Below are positions 15,217 through 23,233 of a DNA stretch of 24,439 nucleotides, piece after piece (positions within the stretch are counted from its first letter, which is position 1; each line of letters opens with the position of its first letter). Source of the DNA: a virus (taxonomy: Duplodnaviria; Caudoviricetes); the IMG/VR virus record IMGVR_UViG_3300025536_000039, positions 1-24,439 of that record; one strand, given 5' to 3'. The notes beneath the pieces are model-generated. The model was not told the origin of the DNA, ran no database searches, and saw only the letters and a list, made by a program, of their open reading frames with translations. The translations under genes and the position numbers were made by a program.

Positions 15217-16716
15217 TTAACCCGCATGGGTATAACCCAGCACATCGGCGGCGAACAGGGCTTTTTCCAGTACCTGGCTAAACTCGGTCAGATCGGCCCC
15301 GGCCAGCACGGCGGCCAGGCGTTGCTCCAGGTCTTCTGGATTTTTGGCGGCGCGGATGGCGCTGGCTATCAGCTCGGCATCGATGGGGCTGGGCAGCTTG
15401 TCCAGCAGCTGATCGCCCAGGTCTTCGATCACCTGTTGTTCTGGCGTAAATACCGGCTTGCCGCCCGCCAGTGTGACCAGGCCGGCGCTTAAGCCGGGGT
15501 TGGCTGGGGTTTGTCGGGGTTGAGTCGGCGCCGATAATACGGCCTCGCCGGCTTCCGGCAGCGGTATTTTTAGCCTATTGTGCAGGTAAGAAAGCGGTAT
15601 CTGCGCCCCCACCGCCACCAGCTTGGGCAGTGCATCGGCATACAGCGCCAGGTCGTCCGGCTCTTGGGTATCGAATACCCAGGCGCCGCGCAGGGCCCAG
15701 CCGTTGACGGCGATGATCGCGCCGAGCAAATCCCGCGTCAGCGTCTCGGCCAGCTGCTGGGCGTCGTGGTCGCGAATTTGCAGCCTGACCTCGTCATGTA
15801 CGTTGGCCGTGGCGTAATTGCCGTTTTTGCCGGTGTCGCTGGTCAGTGTGCCGCCCAAGATGGCCTTGGACATGCTGCGATCTGCCCAGTCGATCAGGGC
15901 GGTAAAGCCCTGGCCTTCGCCTTTGATGATGTCAACGGTTTTAAAATCCTCACCGCGAATGCCGTCCAGGATGGCGACCCCGTTGGCGCCCATGCCTTGT
16001 AAATCCCTGATCAGCTCGTTTTTTTGCGCCGGGTCGCTAATGTTGGTCATCAGTACCCGCAGCGGGACGCCATACAGCTCGGAGAAGCGTAGCCAGTTTT
16101 TGACCGCGAAGTTTTTGAACAAATAGGGCATGACCAGCGCCCGCAGCAAGCCTTGTGTCGCGGGGTATCCGGTTTTGCTGCTGTGCCTGTGCAGCAGCCA
16201 GCCGTACGCGTTGAGATCCACGCCGTCCACGGTGCCAGGGCTACGCAGGCGTAGCGTCTGCCGGGTGTCTATATCGACAGTAAACCAGCGCTGCGGTCTG
16301 GGCGTTATCATTTTTGGCAGCCACCAGCCGTTTGCCAGGCGGTGCCAGGTGATTTCGGCAGCTGCAAAGCCATGGCCAATGCCGTCGGCCAGGTCGAACA
16401 CCAGGCTTTCAATATCCAGGCTGTCTGTCAGCAGGTCTTGCAGGTGGGCCAGGTCTTTTTTCTCTCGCGCCCCGGCGTCACGAACGGGCTTTAGCGACCA
16501 GTCCAGCTGCGAGACGGCTATTTTGCGCTTGTGCAGCTCGGCAAACAGATGGGCGTCGCGCTCTTCCATGTCGGCAAATAACTCTGACTGCCGGACCAGG
16601 TTGCCGCGCTCGGCTTCGGCCATAATATCCAGCAGGGCTTGCACGCTGGAGGCCGGGTGGTGGATAGAGACTTCCTGCTGTAGTAAAGGGTCAATACGTT
16701 GTGGATCAGGTTTCAT
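15217..16716 (-). CDS. Portal protein (DUF935 / Mu gp29-like)
   Basis: LFADMEERDAHL..EL.KRK, GLLRAL...YLFK, FSELYGVP, SKAILGGTLT and VHDEVR motifs. Confidence 0.92.
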   Translation of the reverse strand: MKPDPQRIDPLLQQEVSIHHPASSVQALLDIMAEAERGNLVRQSELFADMEERDAHLFAELHKRKIAVSQLDWSLKPVRDAGAREKKDLAHLQDLLTDSLDIESLVFDLADGIGHGFAAAEITWHRLANGWWLPKMITPRPQRWFTVDIDTRQTLRLRSPGTVDGVDLNAYGWLLHRHSSKTGYPATQGLLRALVMPYLFKNFAVKNWLRFSELYGVPLRVLMTNISDPAQKNELIRDLQGMGANGVAILDGIRGEDFKTVDIIKGEGQGFTALIDWADRSMSKAILGGTLTSDTGKNGNYATANVHDEVRLQIRDHDAQQLAETLTRDLLGAIIAVNGWALRGAWVFDTQEPDDLALYADALPKLVAVGAQIPLSYLHNRLKIPLPEAGEAVLSAPTQPRQTPANPGLSAGLVTLAGGKPVFTPEQQVIEDLGDQLLDKLPSPIDAELIASAIRAAKNPEDLEQRLAAVLAGADLTEFSQVLEKALFAADVLGYTHAG

Positions 16717-16720
16717 GGCG

Positions 16721-18097
16721 TTACCAGGCGCTGACGGCGCGGTTAGAGGGGGTATGGACGGAGGCGGGTGCTTGGTTAAGCCTGGCCCAGTTTAGATACT
16801 GCGTCATGCTGTCGACTTGGTCATCATGGGTGGTATGCGGAAAGCCCACGATTTCATGTTCAAAATCTGCCAACCAATGCGCGTACGGCGGCAGTGACAC
16901 CTTGCCTGATTCCACGATCGGCGTGACTCGCGCGGCTCGCATAATTTTATCCCCTTCCGGCTGGACAGGAATGACCGCCAGCTGGGTGGCCTGCCGTAGC
17001 TCTTGAGCCAGGCTGACGCCGGACGCTTTGTCCTCGATCAGTAGCGCATGCGGTTTAAAGCGTTCGGCAATCGCTGTGCTGCGGTCGCGCAATGCCGGAT
17101 AATCCAGCCGGGCGCGTTCAACATGTAGCAATTGCGCCCCTGTCGATGTCTCGCCCCACACCGTACACACGCTGTAATCATTGAGCTGCCCCGGCTTTTG
17201 CGCCGTGTCCCAGCTGGCGACGATACGCCGGTAAACGCTGGTGTCCGGGTGCGGCGGCTGGCGATTAAACCAGGATAGTTTAAACAAGCCGCCGGCTTCC
17301 GGTACGGGGCGCTGTTGGTACAGCGCGTTCCAGTCGCGCGAACCCACCGCCTGATGGATGGTTTCCAGCCTGTCAAGCGGATAGGCCGCCGGCCAGAGCG
17401 CTTGGCCGTGGGTGTCGATGGCGGGCAGGCTGAGGACTACCCAGCCTTCCGCCGCATGTTCAGACAGCAACCACCCGGCCAGATCGTCTTCGTGCCAGCG
17501 CGTCTGGATGATCACCACGGCAGCCCCCGGCATTAAGCGGGTATAGGCCACCGATTGATACCAATCTTTCAGCTTTTGGCGTTGCGTGGCACTGCCGGCG
17601 TCTTCGCGGCCTTTGATGGGGTCATCGATCAACAATAAATCGGCCCCGCGCCCGGTAATGGGGCCACCAACCCCCACCGCGTAATAAACGCCGCCTTGAG
17701 GGGTATGGAAGCGATGCGCCGCGCTGGAATCGGCGGCCGTTTTGACGCCTGAAAAAATCGCTTGAAACCGCGCGTCTGTCATCTGATTGCGTACCTTGCG
17801 CCCAAAGCCCGACGCCAGCTCTTGTGCATAGGTGCAGTGTATCAATTGCTTGCCGGGGTTGCGCCCCAGATACCAGGCCGGGAAAAACTCGGATGCCAGC
17901 ATGCTTTTACCGTGCCGCGGCGGCATGAATATCATCAGACGCTGAATTTCGCCGCGCTCCACCCGCTCCAGGTGGCTGCAAATCAGTCGATGATGCGCCG
18001 CCAGCCGATAACCTGGCCATTGGTAAATGGCATAACTACCCAATCGACTAAACGCACAGTCTTCAGGCGTCAAATGCGGCGGAAAAGATGCTGTCAC
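16721..18097 (-). CDS. terL: Terminase large subunit (start uncertain: GTG 18097 or TTG 18073)
   Basis: Walker A MPPRHGKS, Walker B LLIDDP, TRWHEDDL, nuclease motifs SWDTA and HDDQVDS. Confidence 0.92.
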   Translation of the reverse strand: MTASFPPHLTPEDCAFSRLGSYAIYQWPGYRLAAHHRLICSHLERVERGEIQRLMIFMPPRHGKSMLASEFFPAWYLGRNPGKQLIHCTYAQELASGFGRKVRNQMTDARFQAIFSGVKTAADSSAAHRFHTPQGGVYYAVGVGGPITGRGADLLLIDDPIKGREDAGSATQRQKLKDWYQSVAYTRLMPGAAVVIIQTRWHEDDLAGWLLSEHAAEGWVVLSLPAIDTHGQALWPAAYPLDRLETIHQAVGSRDWNALYQQRPVPEAGGLFKLSWFNRQPPHPDTSVYRRIVASWDTAQKPGQLNDYSVCTVWGETSTGAQLLHVERARLDYPALRDRSTAIAERFKPHALLIEDKASGVSLAQELRQATQLAVIPVQPEGDKIMRAARVTPIVESGKVSLPPYAHWLADFEHEIVGFPHTTHDDQVDSMTQYLNWARLNQAPASVHTPSNRAVSAW

Positions 18098-18560
18098 GGT
18101 GCGCTTTATCGATACTGACCACTTGGCCCGGCTCATCCAGTTGCCTGATGCGGCGGATGGTTTCAATGGCGCCTGAATTGGCCTCATTCAAGGTTTTGAG
18201 GTCGCGAGGCGGCAAACATTCATCAGCCGCCACACTCAACGACCTATCCACCTGCTGCAACACTTTGCGGGCATTGCCAAGGCCCAGCGCCATGTCTGAC
18301 ACACCCGCCTGGACGGATTCATCCATGATATTGCGCATGGCGCCTTGCGCAACATCATGCGCAATACCGGCAATGCTGTCATTGATCCGTCGCCTGACGG
18401 TGCCCACCACATCACGCACCCAGGCGTTTTTTTTGGCCCGGTGGCGGATGGTTGACTCGGCGACGCCATAATCGCTGGCAATATCGCGCAAGGGCCTTTT
18501 CCCGGCGCGATACTCGGCCTCGATGGCCAGCCAGTCGGGCAAATCAATGTCCCTGCTCAA
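18063..18560 (-). CDS. terS: Terminase small subunit
   Basis: PDWLAIEAEYRAG...IASDYGV..STIR.RAKK..W.R HTH; directly upstream of terL. Confidence 0.8.
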   Translation of the reverse strand: MSRDIDLPDWLAIEAEYRAGKRPLRDIASDYGVAESTIRHRAKKNAWVRDVVGTVRRRINDSIAGIAHDVAQGAMRNIMDESVQAGVSDMALGLGNARKVLQQVDRSLSVAADECLPPRDLKTLNEANSGAIETIRRIRQLDEPGQVVSIDKAHRDSIFSAAFDA

Positions 18561-18739
18561 TGATGCCTGCCCAAAAACTCAAGCAGCCTGTCAGCCCCAA
18601 ACAGCGACGCCGCCCCCAGCACGACAGCAAAGGCCCATTTGGCGCTCTTGCTCATGGCCGCCAAACGTTTGAGTTCCTGCAATTCTTCGACAGTCAGCGC
18701 TTTGGAGGTATCGATGAGGTGCAAATCATTGTCAGCCAT
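18557..18739 (-). CDS. 60-aa protein with a C-terminal TM helix
   Basis: MADNDLHL...KWAFAVVLGAASLFG...; TGATG and ATGA coupling to its neighbours. Confidence 0.65.
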   Translation of the reverse strand: MADNDLHLIDTSKALTVEELQELKRLAAMSKSAKWAFAVVLGAASLFGADRLLEFLGRHH

Positions 18740-18903
18740 CAATCCTTTACTCCCACGCCCAAGCCACCGGCGACAGCCGCCCCGACCAATAACACCTGAT
18801 CTACTGCCTGGCCCGACAAGGCCAGGCCAAAGCCGATAATGGCCGTCACCAGCCAAACCAGCCCTCTGATGGTGCTGCGTTGCGTCCAATCAATTTTAAT
18901 CAT
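18739..18903 (-). CDS. 54-aa two-TM protein, holin-like
   Basis: MIKIDWTQRSTIRGLVWLVTAIIGFGLALSGQAVDQVLLVGAAVAGGLGVGVKD*; GGAGAG SD; absent from the ORF track. Confidence 0.65.
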   Translation of the reverse strand: MIKIDWTQRSTIRGLVWLVTAIIGFGLALSGQAVDQVLLVGAAVAGGLGVGVKD

Positions 18904-18932
18904 CGTCTACTCTCCAAATACAGGTTGTCAAC

Positions 18933-18978
18933 AGTCTACCCATCCTCGTCAAACAGTGACAGTTGAACTGTTTCAGGT
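18933..18978 (-). promoter_or_regulatory. Third late promoter (lysis/packaging operon) inside the 3' end of the activator gene
   Basis: ACCTGAAACAGTTCAACTGTC (14/21 match to the box)-N19-TAGACT. Confidence 0.6.
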
Positions 18979-19328
18979 TCATGGCTGGCTTTGGCGCAGA
19001 TGTTCAGCACTTGCCTGTCCGACAGGCCGGTGATGGCCACCAGGTCGCGAATCGATGCCCCCTCTAGCCTGAGTTGCTGTATTTTCCTATTACGCCGCCG
19101 CAATGCAGCCCGGTAGCATTTGGGCAAATACAGAGGCGTGCTGCCGTAGTGGTGCTGCAGGGCCTGCCATTGGTCGGCATCGATGACGCCCTCGAAGTAG
19201 GGCGGCATATCACCGCTGTCGGCGATAAATAGCGATTGTCCTCCCAGGCGCTTGACCAGTACCATGGTGGCTGATTCGCCAATGACCGCCATCAACTCGA
19301 CGACTGAGTTTGGCAACTCATCGCTCAT
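18936..19328 (-). CDS. Mor/C-family transcription activator
   Basis: VIGESATMVLVKRLGG, LYLPKC...RRNRKI...GASIRDL...GLSDRQV HTH; lies immediately before the late genes. Confidence 0.85.
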   Translation of the reverse strand: MSDELPNSVVELMAVIGESATMVLVKRLGGQSLFIADSGDMPPYFEGVIDADQWQALQHHYGSTPLYLPKCYRAALRRRNRKIQQLRLEGASIRDLVAITGLSDRQVLNICAKASHEPETVQLSLFDEDG

Positions 19329-19452
19329 GGTTATTTGCGCAATGCCTCGCCACTAAAACCCTGTCTGTCCAAGTAGTCCATTGCCTCGTAATCTTTGGCG
19401 GCCTCTTCGCAGCTCTGGCATTTACGCTCGACCATCAACAAGCGTATTAAAT

Positions 19453-19480
19453 TTGACATTATACGGGTTTCCCGTACGAT
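19453..19480 (+). promoter_or_regulatory. higBA promoter and operator
   Basis: TTGACA-N16-TACGAT; palindrome TACGGG-TTT-CCCGTA at 19462-19476. Confidence 0.75.
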
Positions 19481-19487
19481 GCCTTTC

Positions 19488-19784
19488 AGGCGAACCGTCA
19501 TCGAAACCCCCACTTTTCAAAAACAGGCCGAAAAAATCTGGTTGGAAGATGAGCGACTGGCGTTTATCGCCTGGATTGCCGAGCATTCCACGGCAGGCGA
19601 TGTCATCCCCGGCGCGGACGGTGCGCGTAAAGTCCGCTGGTCGGTAGCGGGCAAAGGCAAGCGCGGCGGTGTCCGCGTGATTTATTTCAACCTGACTGAG
19701 CAAGGCACGGTGGTGCTGGTCACGCTGTACACGAAGGCGGATCAGGCCAACATCCAAGCCAGTGACATCAAAAAGGCGGTGTGA
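19488..19784 (+). CDS. higB: RelE/HigB2-like toxin; expected start codon reads AGG, so possibly silenced
   Basis: (M)RTVIETPTF...AGDVIPG..GARKVRW...GKGKRGGVRVIYF...LYTK; toxin precedes antitoxin. Confidence 0.8.
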   Translation, partial: RRTVIETPTFQKQAEKIWLEDERLAFIAWIAEHSTAGDVIPGADGARKVRWSVAGKGKRGGVRVIYFNLTEQGTVVLVTLYTKADQANIQASDIKKAV

Positions 19785-19785
19785 C

Positions 19786-20094
19786 ATGGACATTGAAAAA
19801 ATAGCACAGGCGATTGAGGCTGATGCGGGCATGCCGCTGGACGACATCCGGCAAAGTTTGGCTGAAATGCAGGCAGGTAGTGGCCGGGTAACCACGGCTG
19901 AGCAGCTTTTAGTCCGTTCAGCCCGCGCCAAAACCGGCTTGTCGCAACAGATGTTTGCCGAACGCATCAAAACCCCGGTGGCAACGCTGCGCGATTGGGA
20001 ACAAGGCCGCTTTGCGCCGCCGGGCGGTGTGCTGTGCCTGTTAACGCTCATCGGCAACCACCCGGATCTGATCGGCGAGCTGGAAGCGGCATAG
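19786..20094 (+). CDS. higA: HigA-like HTH antitoxin
   Basis: ARAKTGLSQQMFA......TLRDWEQGRFAP, a Cro/C1-type HTH. Confidence 0.85.
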   Translation: MDIEKIAQAIEADAGMPLDDIRQSLAEMQAGSGRVTTAEQLLVRSARAKTGLSQQMFAERIKTPVATLRDWEQGRFAPPGGVLCLLTLIGNHPDLIGELEAA

Positions 20095-20161
20095 TCCTGT
20101 TTTATCGCGGCTGTCAATAGCCTGTTTTCCAAGCCTAACCCGTCAATCAACCGGACGGCTT

Positions 20162-20326
20162 TCAGCCGCCCCTTACCTTTGCGTTAAGCGCCTGCTCAAG
20201 CATCCTGTCAATCAGCGTGCAAATGCCATAAAGGCATTTCCAGGCCACCAACAGGGCGGCCATGGCCAACTGCAGCGGCATAGCCACGATGGCGCGCAGG
20301 GTGCGGATCCTCGTCGTGACGCCCAT
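20162..20326 (-). CDS. 54-aa hydrophobic hypothetical protein
   Basis: MGVTTRIRTLRAIVAMPLQLAMAALLVAWKCLYGIC...VRGG*; TGATG-coupled to the upstream ORF. Confidence 0.5.
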   Translation of the reverse strand: MGVTTRIRTLRAIVAMPLQLAMAALLVAWKCLYGICTLIDRMLEQALNAKVRGG

Positions 20327-20526
20327 CAGTCAAACGTACCGGTAAAGCAATACCGGATAAACGCCCGCTCCCGCTGCTGCAGGTCATGGTCGTGCGCCGC
20401 CGCATTGGCCGCGTCGAACATCGCCGTAATGTGGTCGCTGGCATCGCTCAGAATGTCGCGCAGTTCATGAATGCCTTCAGCCTGTACGCTAAAGCTAAAT
20501 CCGGTTTCGATCATGGGTGTCTCCAT
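20326..20526 (-). CDS. Hypothetical phage protein
   Basis: ORF track; SD-like sequence upstream; fits the operon packing. Confidence 0.55.
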   Translation of the reverse strand: METPMIETGFSFSVQAEGIHELRDILSDASDHITAMFDAANAAAHDHDLQQRERAFIRYCFTGTFD

Positions 20527-20536
20527 CCTCTATCCC

Positions 20537-20896
20537 CTAAGCCAACGCCGAAACGCCAATGCTGGTCACGTTGGAGCGACTGGCACGGTCCATTGCCTCC
20601 CGCATCAGCTCGCGGTCGCGCTCGGCGGCGTAAGCCCTGCTCCGCGCCTCATCCAGGTAGGTTTGCACGTGGTCGCCATTCGCGCACAAGGCCACCAGCC
20701 ATTCGGCAATCGCCTTGCGCCACACCTCGTGATCGATCAGCGCCACATCGTTGACCAGCGTCGCGCCGTTCAGCGTCGCCTCGACGGCCCCGTCCTTCAG
20801 CTTGAACTGACTGATCGCCAGGCCGCGGATTTCCGGCTCAACGGGGAACAGGTCAATTTGCATTTCGTCAGATTCGTTGTTGTTTCTTTTAGCCAT
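20537..20896 (-). CDS. Hypothetical phage protein (119 aa)
   Basis: GGAG SD then ATG at 20896 (MAKRNNNESDEMQIDLF...). Confidence 0.7.
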   Translation of the reverse strand: MAKRNNNESDEMQIDLFPVEPEIRGLAISQFKLKDGAVEATLNGATLVNDVALIDHEVWRKAIAEWLVALCANGDHVQTYLDEARSRAYAAERDRELMREAMDRASRSNVTSIGVSALA

Positions 20897-21152
20897 GGTT
20901 AAATGCTCCCGGTCTAGGTTGATGTTGATGCACCGCCGCATGACAAGCAGGGCACAGCGTGATTAAGTCGTTCAAGTCCTCGTGCCCCAACCGGGCATAG
21001 GTCAGGTGATGGGCTTCCAAGCCCTTGCCGCCCTGGCCGCACAACTGGCAGCGGCGGCCGTCGCGGAAAATAACCCGGGCGCGAATCGACCGCCATGCCG
21101 GGGTTTTCAAATAACGCTGGTAGTCGCGTTGGGTTTTAGAGCGGGATGTCAT
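20889..21152 (-). CDS. HNH endonuclease
   Basis: W...R..V..RD..RCQLC...EAHH..Y...LITLCPACH...H. Confidence 0.85.
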   Translation of the reverse strand: MTSRSKTQRDYQRYLKTPAWRSIRARVIFRDGRRCQLCGQGGKGLEAHHLTYARLGHEDLNDLITLCPACHAAVHQHQPRPGAFNHG

Positions 21153-21555
21153 CGTCAAAGTCGTCGTCGTGGCCATGGTCGGCTGCAGGCTGCGCGCCTG
21201 GTTTTGACGCCGGCTGCGAGGCGCCGTCTTTCTTGCCGTCCAGCATCAGCAACTGCTCGCCGACAATGCCGGTGCTGTAACGCGTTTCGCCATTTTTGTC
21301 GTATTTCTGGGTTTTAATCCGCCCCTCGATGTGCACCAGCGCCCCTTTGCGTAGGTAATCACCGCAGACTTTCGCCTGTGCGCCGAAGAACGTCACCCGG
21401 TGCCACTCGGTCTCCTCCTTGCGCTCGCCGTTGTTGCGGTCCTTCCAGCGGCGCGTCGTGGCCACGTTCAGCGTGGCCATCGGCTCGCCGCTGGGGCGGT
21501 AACGTATTTCAGGGGCGTGGCCCAGGCGGCCTATGAGGTGGACGCGGTTTAGCAT
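21136..21555 (-). CDS. ssb: Single-stranded DNA-binding protein
   Basis: MLNRVHLIGRLG, TEWHRV, YLRKG..V.IEG and acidic tail DDDIPL. Confidence 0.95.
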   Translation of the reverse strand: MLNRVHLIGRLGHAPEIRYRPSGEPMATLNVATTRRWKDRNNGERKEETEWHRVTFFGAQAKVCGDYLRKGALVHIEGRIKTQKYDKNGETRYSTGIVGEQLLMLDGKKDGASQPASKPGAQPAADHGHDDDFDDDIPL

Positions 21556-21557
21556 GA

Positions 21558-22154
21558 TTACCCCGCCTGCCTGTAGTGTTCTCGGCAGTAAAACGGGCCG
21601 CCCCCCTTGGTGTTATGCGACAAACCACCGGGCAGCTTGCAGTATGAAACTGCACAAGCGTTTTCAAAATTAAAATCTCGCCGCTTGATGTGATGGGCAT
21701 GCAGCGTCAACAGCGCATCATGAGCCTTAAGCTTTTCAGCCATGCTCATGTCTCGAGCAGCGCAGGCAATTGCCGACTGCTTAGCCTCGGCCAGTATTTG
21801 CAGCGGGTTACACTCGATTGACGGCGCTGGCAGAGCCGCTACCCGATCAGCGTCGGCAAGATTCGACAGATTTTGCTTTCTGGACTTTTCTGCCTGACGG
21901 ATAAAATCCAACAGCTCGGGGATGCCAGGGCAAAACGTTTTTCCAGCATCGACGTACAACTCATAGCCGTCGGCAATGTCGTTGATGTCAATGCCGCGCA
22001 GCTTGGCATACAGACGGCGCTTGTACTGCGTCATGTCATCGTCAGTTTTAAACTGGGCCTGATACTGCCTGCCAAAATCGGCTTTCATGGCTTTGGTGAT
22101 CTCGACGATTATCAGGGCCAAAGGATCTTTCTGAATTCGATCGTGATTGCTCAT
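21558..22154 (-). CDS. Replication-associated protein (helicase-loader position), Cys/His-rich C-terminus
   Basis: ATGA overlap with the initiator stop codon (MSNHDRIQKD...); function inferred from position only. Confidence 0.65.
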   Translation of the reverse strand: MSNHDRIQKDPLALIIVEITKAMKADFGRQYQAQFKTDDDMTQYKRRLYAKLRGIDINDIADGYELYVDAGKTFCPGIPELLDFIRQAEKSRKQNLSNLADADRVAALPAPSIECNPLQILAEAKQSAIACAARDMSMAEKLKAHDALLTLHAHHIKRRDFNFENACAVSYCKLPGGLSHNTKGGGPFYCREHYRQAG

Positions 22155-23059
22155 TTCCTGGCCCCTATGACGGACAAATGCATACCAGACGCCAGCTCCT
22201 GCTCTGTCGGCGCCAGAAAGTTTGCGTTGCTCCACTCGGCGTCCGAGACGCCGGATGGAGCAACGCGGCTTGGATTAGGCTTTTCCCATTCGGCCTTGAA
22301 TCCCACCCAGCCACGTTCGACGCTGACCCGTACCGCATCGACGATGGAAACCCCGGCCTTGTCGGCTTCGCGCTGGAAGGCGTCCAGGGCCGTTTTGGTA
22401 ATCGGCGCTTTTTTGGCCTTGCGGTGCTGCACAAAATCACGCGCCAAATCGCCGACTATGCCGTGATCAGCCAGCAGCGTGCCGACTGAGCCGGCAATTG
22501 CAGACACGGTTGCCGTGTCGACATCAGGATTCAGTAACCCAGATTCAGGATTCAGTAACCCAGATTCAGGATTCAGTAACCCAGATTCAGGGTGTGCTAG
22601 CACGGTGCTTGTCTCGGACTTGTCTTGTGCTAGCACGGTGCTTGTCTCGGACTTGTCTTGTGCTAGCACGGTGCTTGTCTCGGACTTTATTACGCATCCA
22701 CTCCGTTTATCCCGTTCATGCACGGCATAAACGCCGTTACGGTTTGGAAACTCGCTATCAGCTTCTTTTCCGTGCGGAAATTGATGGTCAAGAAAATGAA
22801 CAATGCTGATCACTTTTTTCCCATCAGCAACATACCTGTCAATGAATCCCCATTGCTCTAATTCAAAAAGAAGAGGATCAACCTCAACACAGTCATACGG
22901 GAATATCTCGCCTTTTATCCGCTTGGGTCTATTTTCTAAGCGCCCCTCTCTGTCTGCTAGCATCCATAGCCCTGGGAACAGCAGCCGCGCCCAAACCGAA
23001 CACTCGGCTAGATCCTCATTTTTGTAGAACCCTGGCTTTATATTTCTAGCGCGTGCCAT
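22151..23059 (-). CDS. Phage replication initiator (lambda O-like arrangement)
   Basis: MARARNIKPGF..NEDL..C...ARLLF.GLW.LADREGRL N-terminus, central in-frame repeats, C-terminal F..HRKAKKAP.T...GW.GF..EW. Confidence 0.85.
   Translation of the reverse strand: MARARNIKPGFYKNEDLAECSVWARLLFPGLWMLADREGRLENRPKRIKGEIFPYDCVEVDPLLFELEQWGFIDRYVADGKKVISIVHFLDHQFPHGKEADSEFPNRNGVYAVHERDKRSGCVIKSETSTVLAQDKSETSTVLAQDKSETSTVLAHPESGLLNPESGLLNPESGLLNPDVDTATVSAIAGSVGTLLADHGIVGDLARDFVQHRKAKKAPITKTALDAFQREADKAGVSIVDAVRVSVERGWVGFKAEWEKPNPSRVAPSGVSDAEWSNANFLAPTEQELASGMHLSVIGARK
22524..22591. repeat. 3 x 21-bp tandem repeat in the initiator gene
   Basis: (TCAGGATTCAGTAACCCAGAT)3 plus TCAGG; encodes PESGLLN units. 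Confidence 0.95.
22593..22687. repeat. About 3 x 33-bp tandem repeat, probable origin iterons
   Basis: TGTGCTAGCACGGTGCTTGTCTCGGACTTGTCT twice plus 29 bp; contains palindromes GTGCTAGCAC and AGCAC-G-GTGCT. Confidence 0.9.
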
Positions 23060-23062
23060 TCG

Positions 23063-23233
23063 CTACCCCTCTTTGTTAGCCATTAACTCTTCAATGGCGG
23101 CCAAAAACAAAGGCACATTCGATTTTGAAATAGAAATAATCATCTCTTCGCCTTGCCAGTTTTTTTGAACAATGTCGAGATAATCCTCATTAATCATTAC
23201 TTCAGTTTCTACTTGTGTGTTTATTTTTTTCAT
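23063..23233 (-). CDS. Small hypothetical phage protein
   Basis: MKKINTQVETEV...; its 3' end supplies the SD for the initiator gene. Confidence 0.6.
   Translation of the reverse strand: MKKINTQVETEVMINEDYLDIVQKNWQGEEMIISISKSNVPLFLAAIEELMANKEG

Noticed and set aside
18904-18931. TTGACA-N16-TAGACG as a sigma70 promoter for the holin-like gene
   Set aside because: The -10 is poor and abuts the ATG, leaving out the GGAGAG SD; the activator-box promoter upstream fits better.
19422-20150. 242-aa minus-strand ORF
   Set aside because: Antisense shadow of higBA with no recognisable motif; only its first residues may be a relic.
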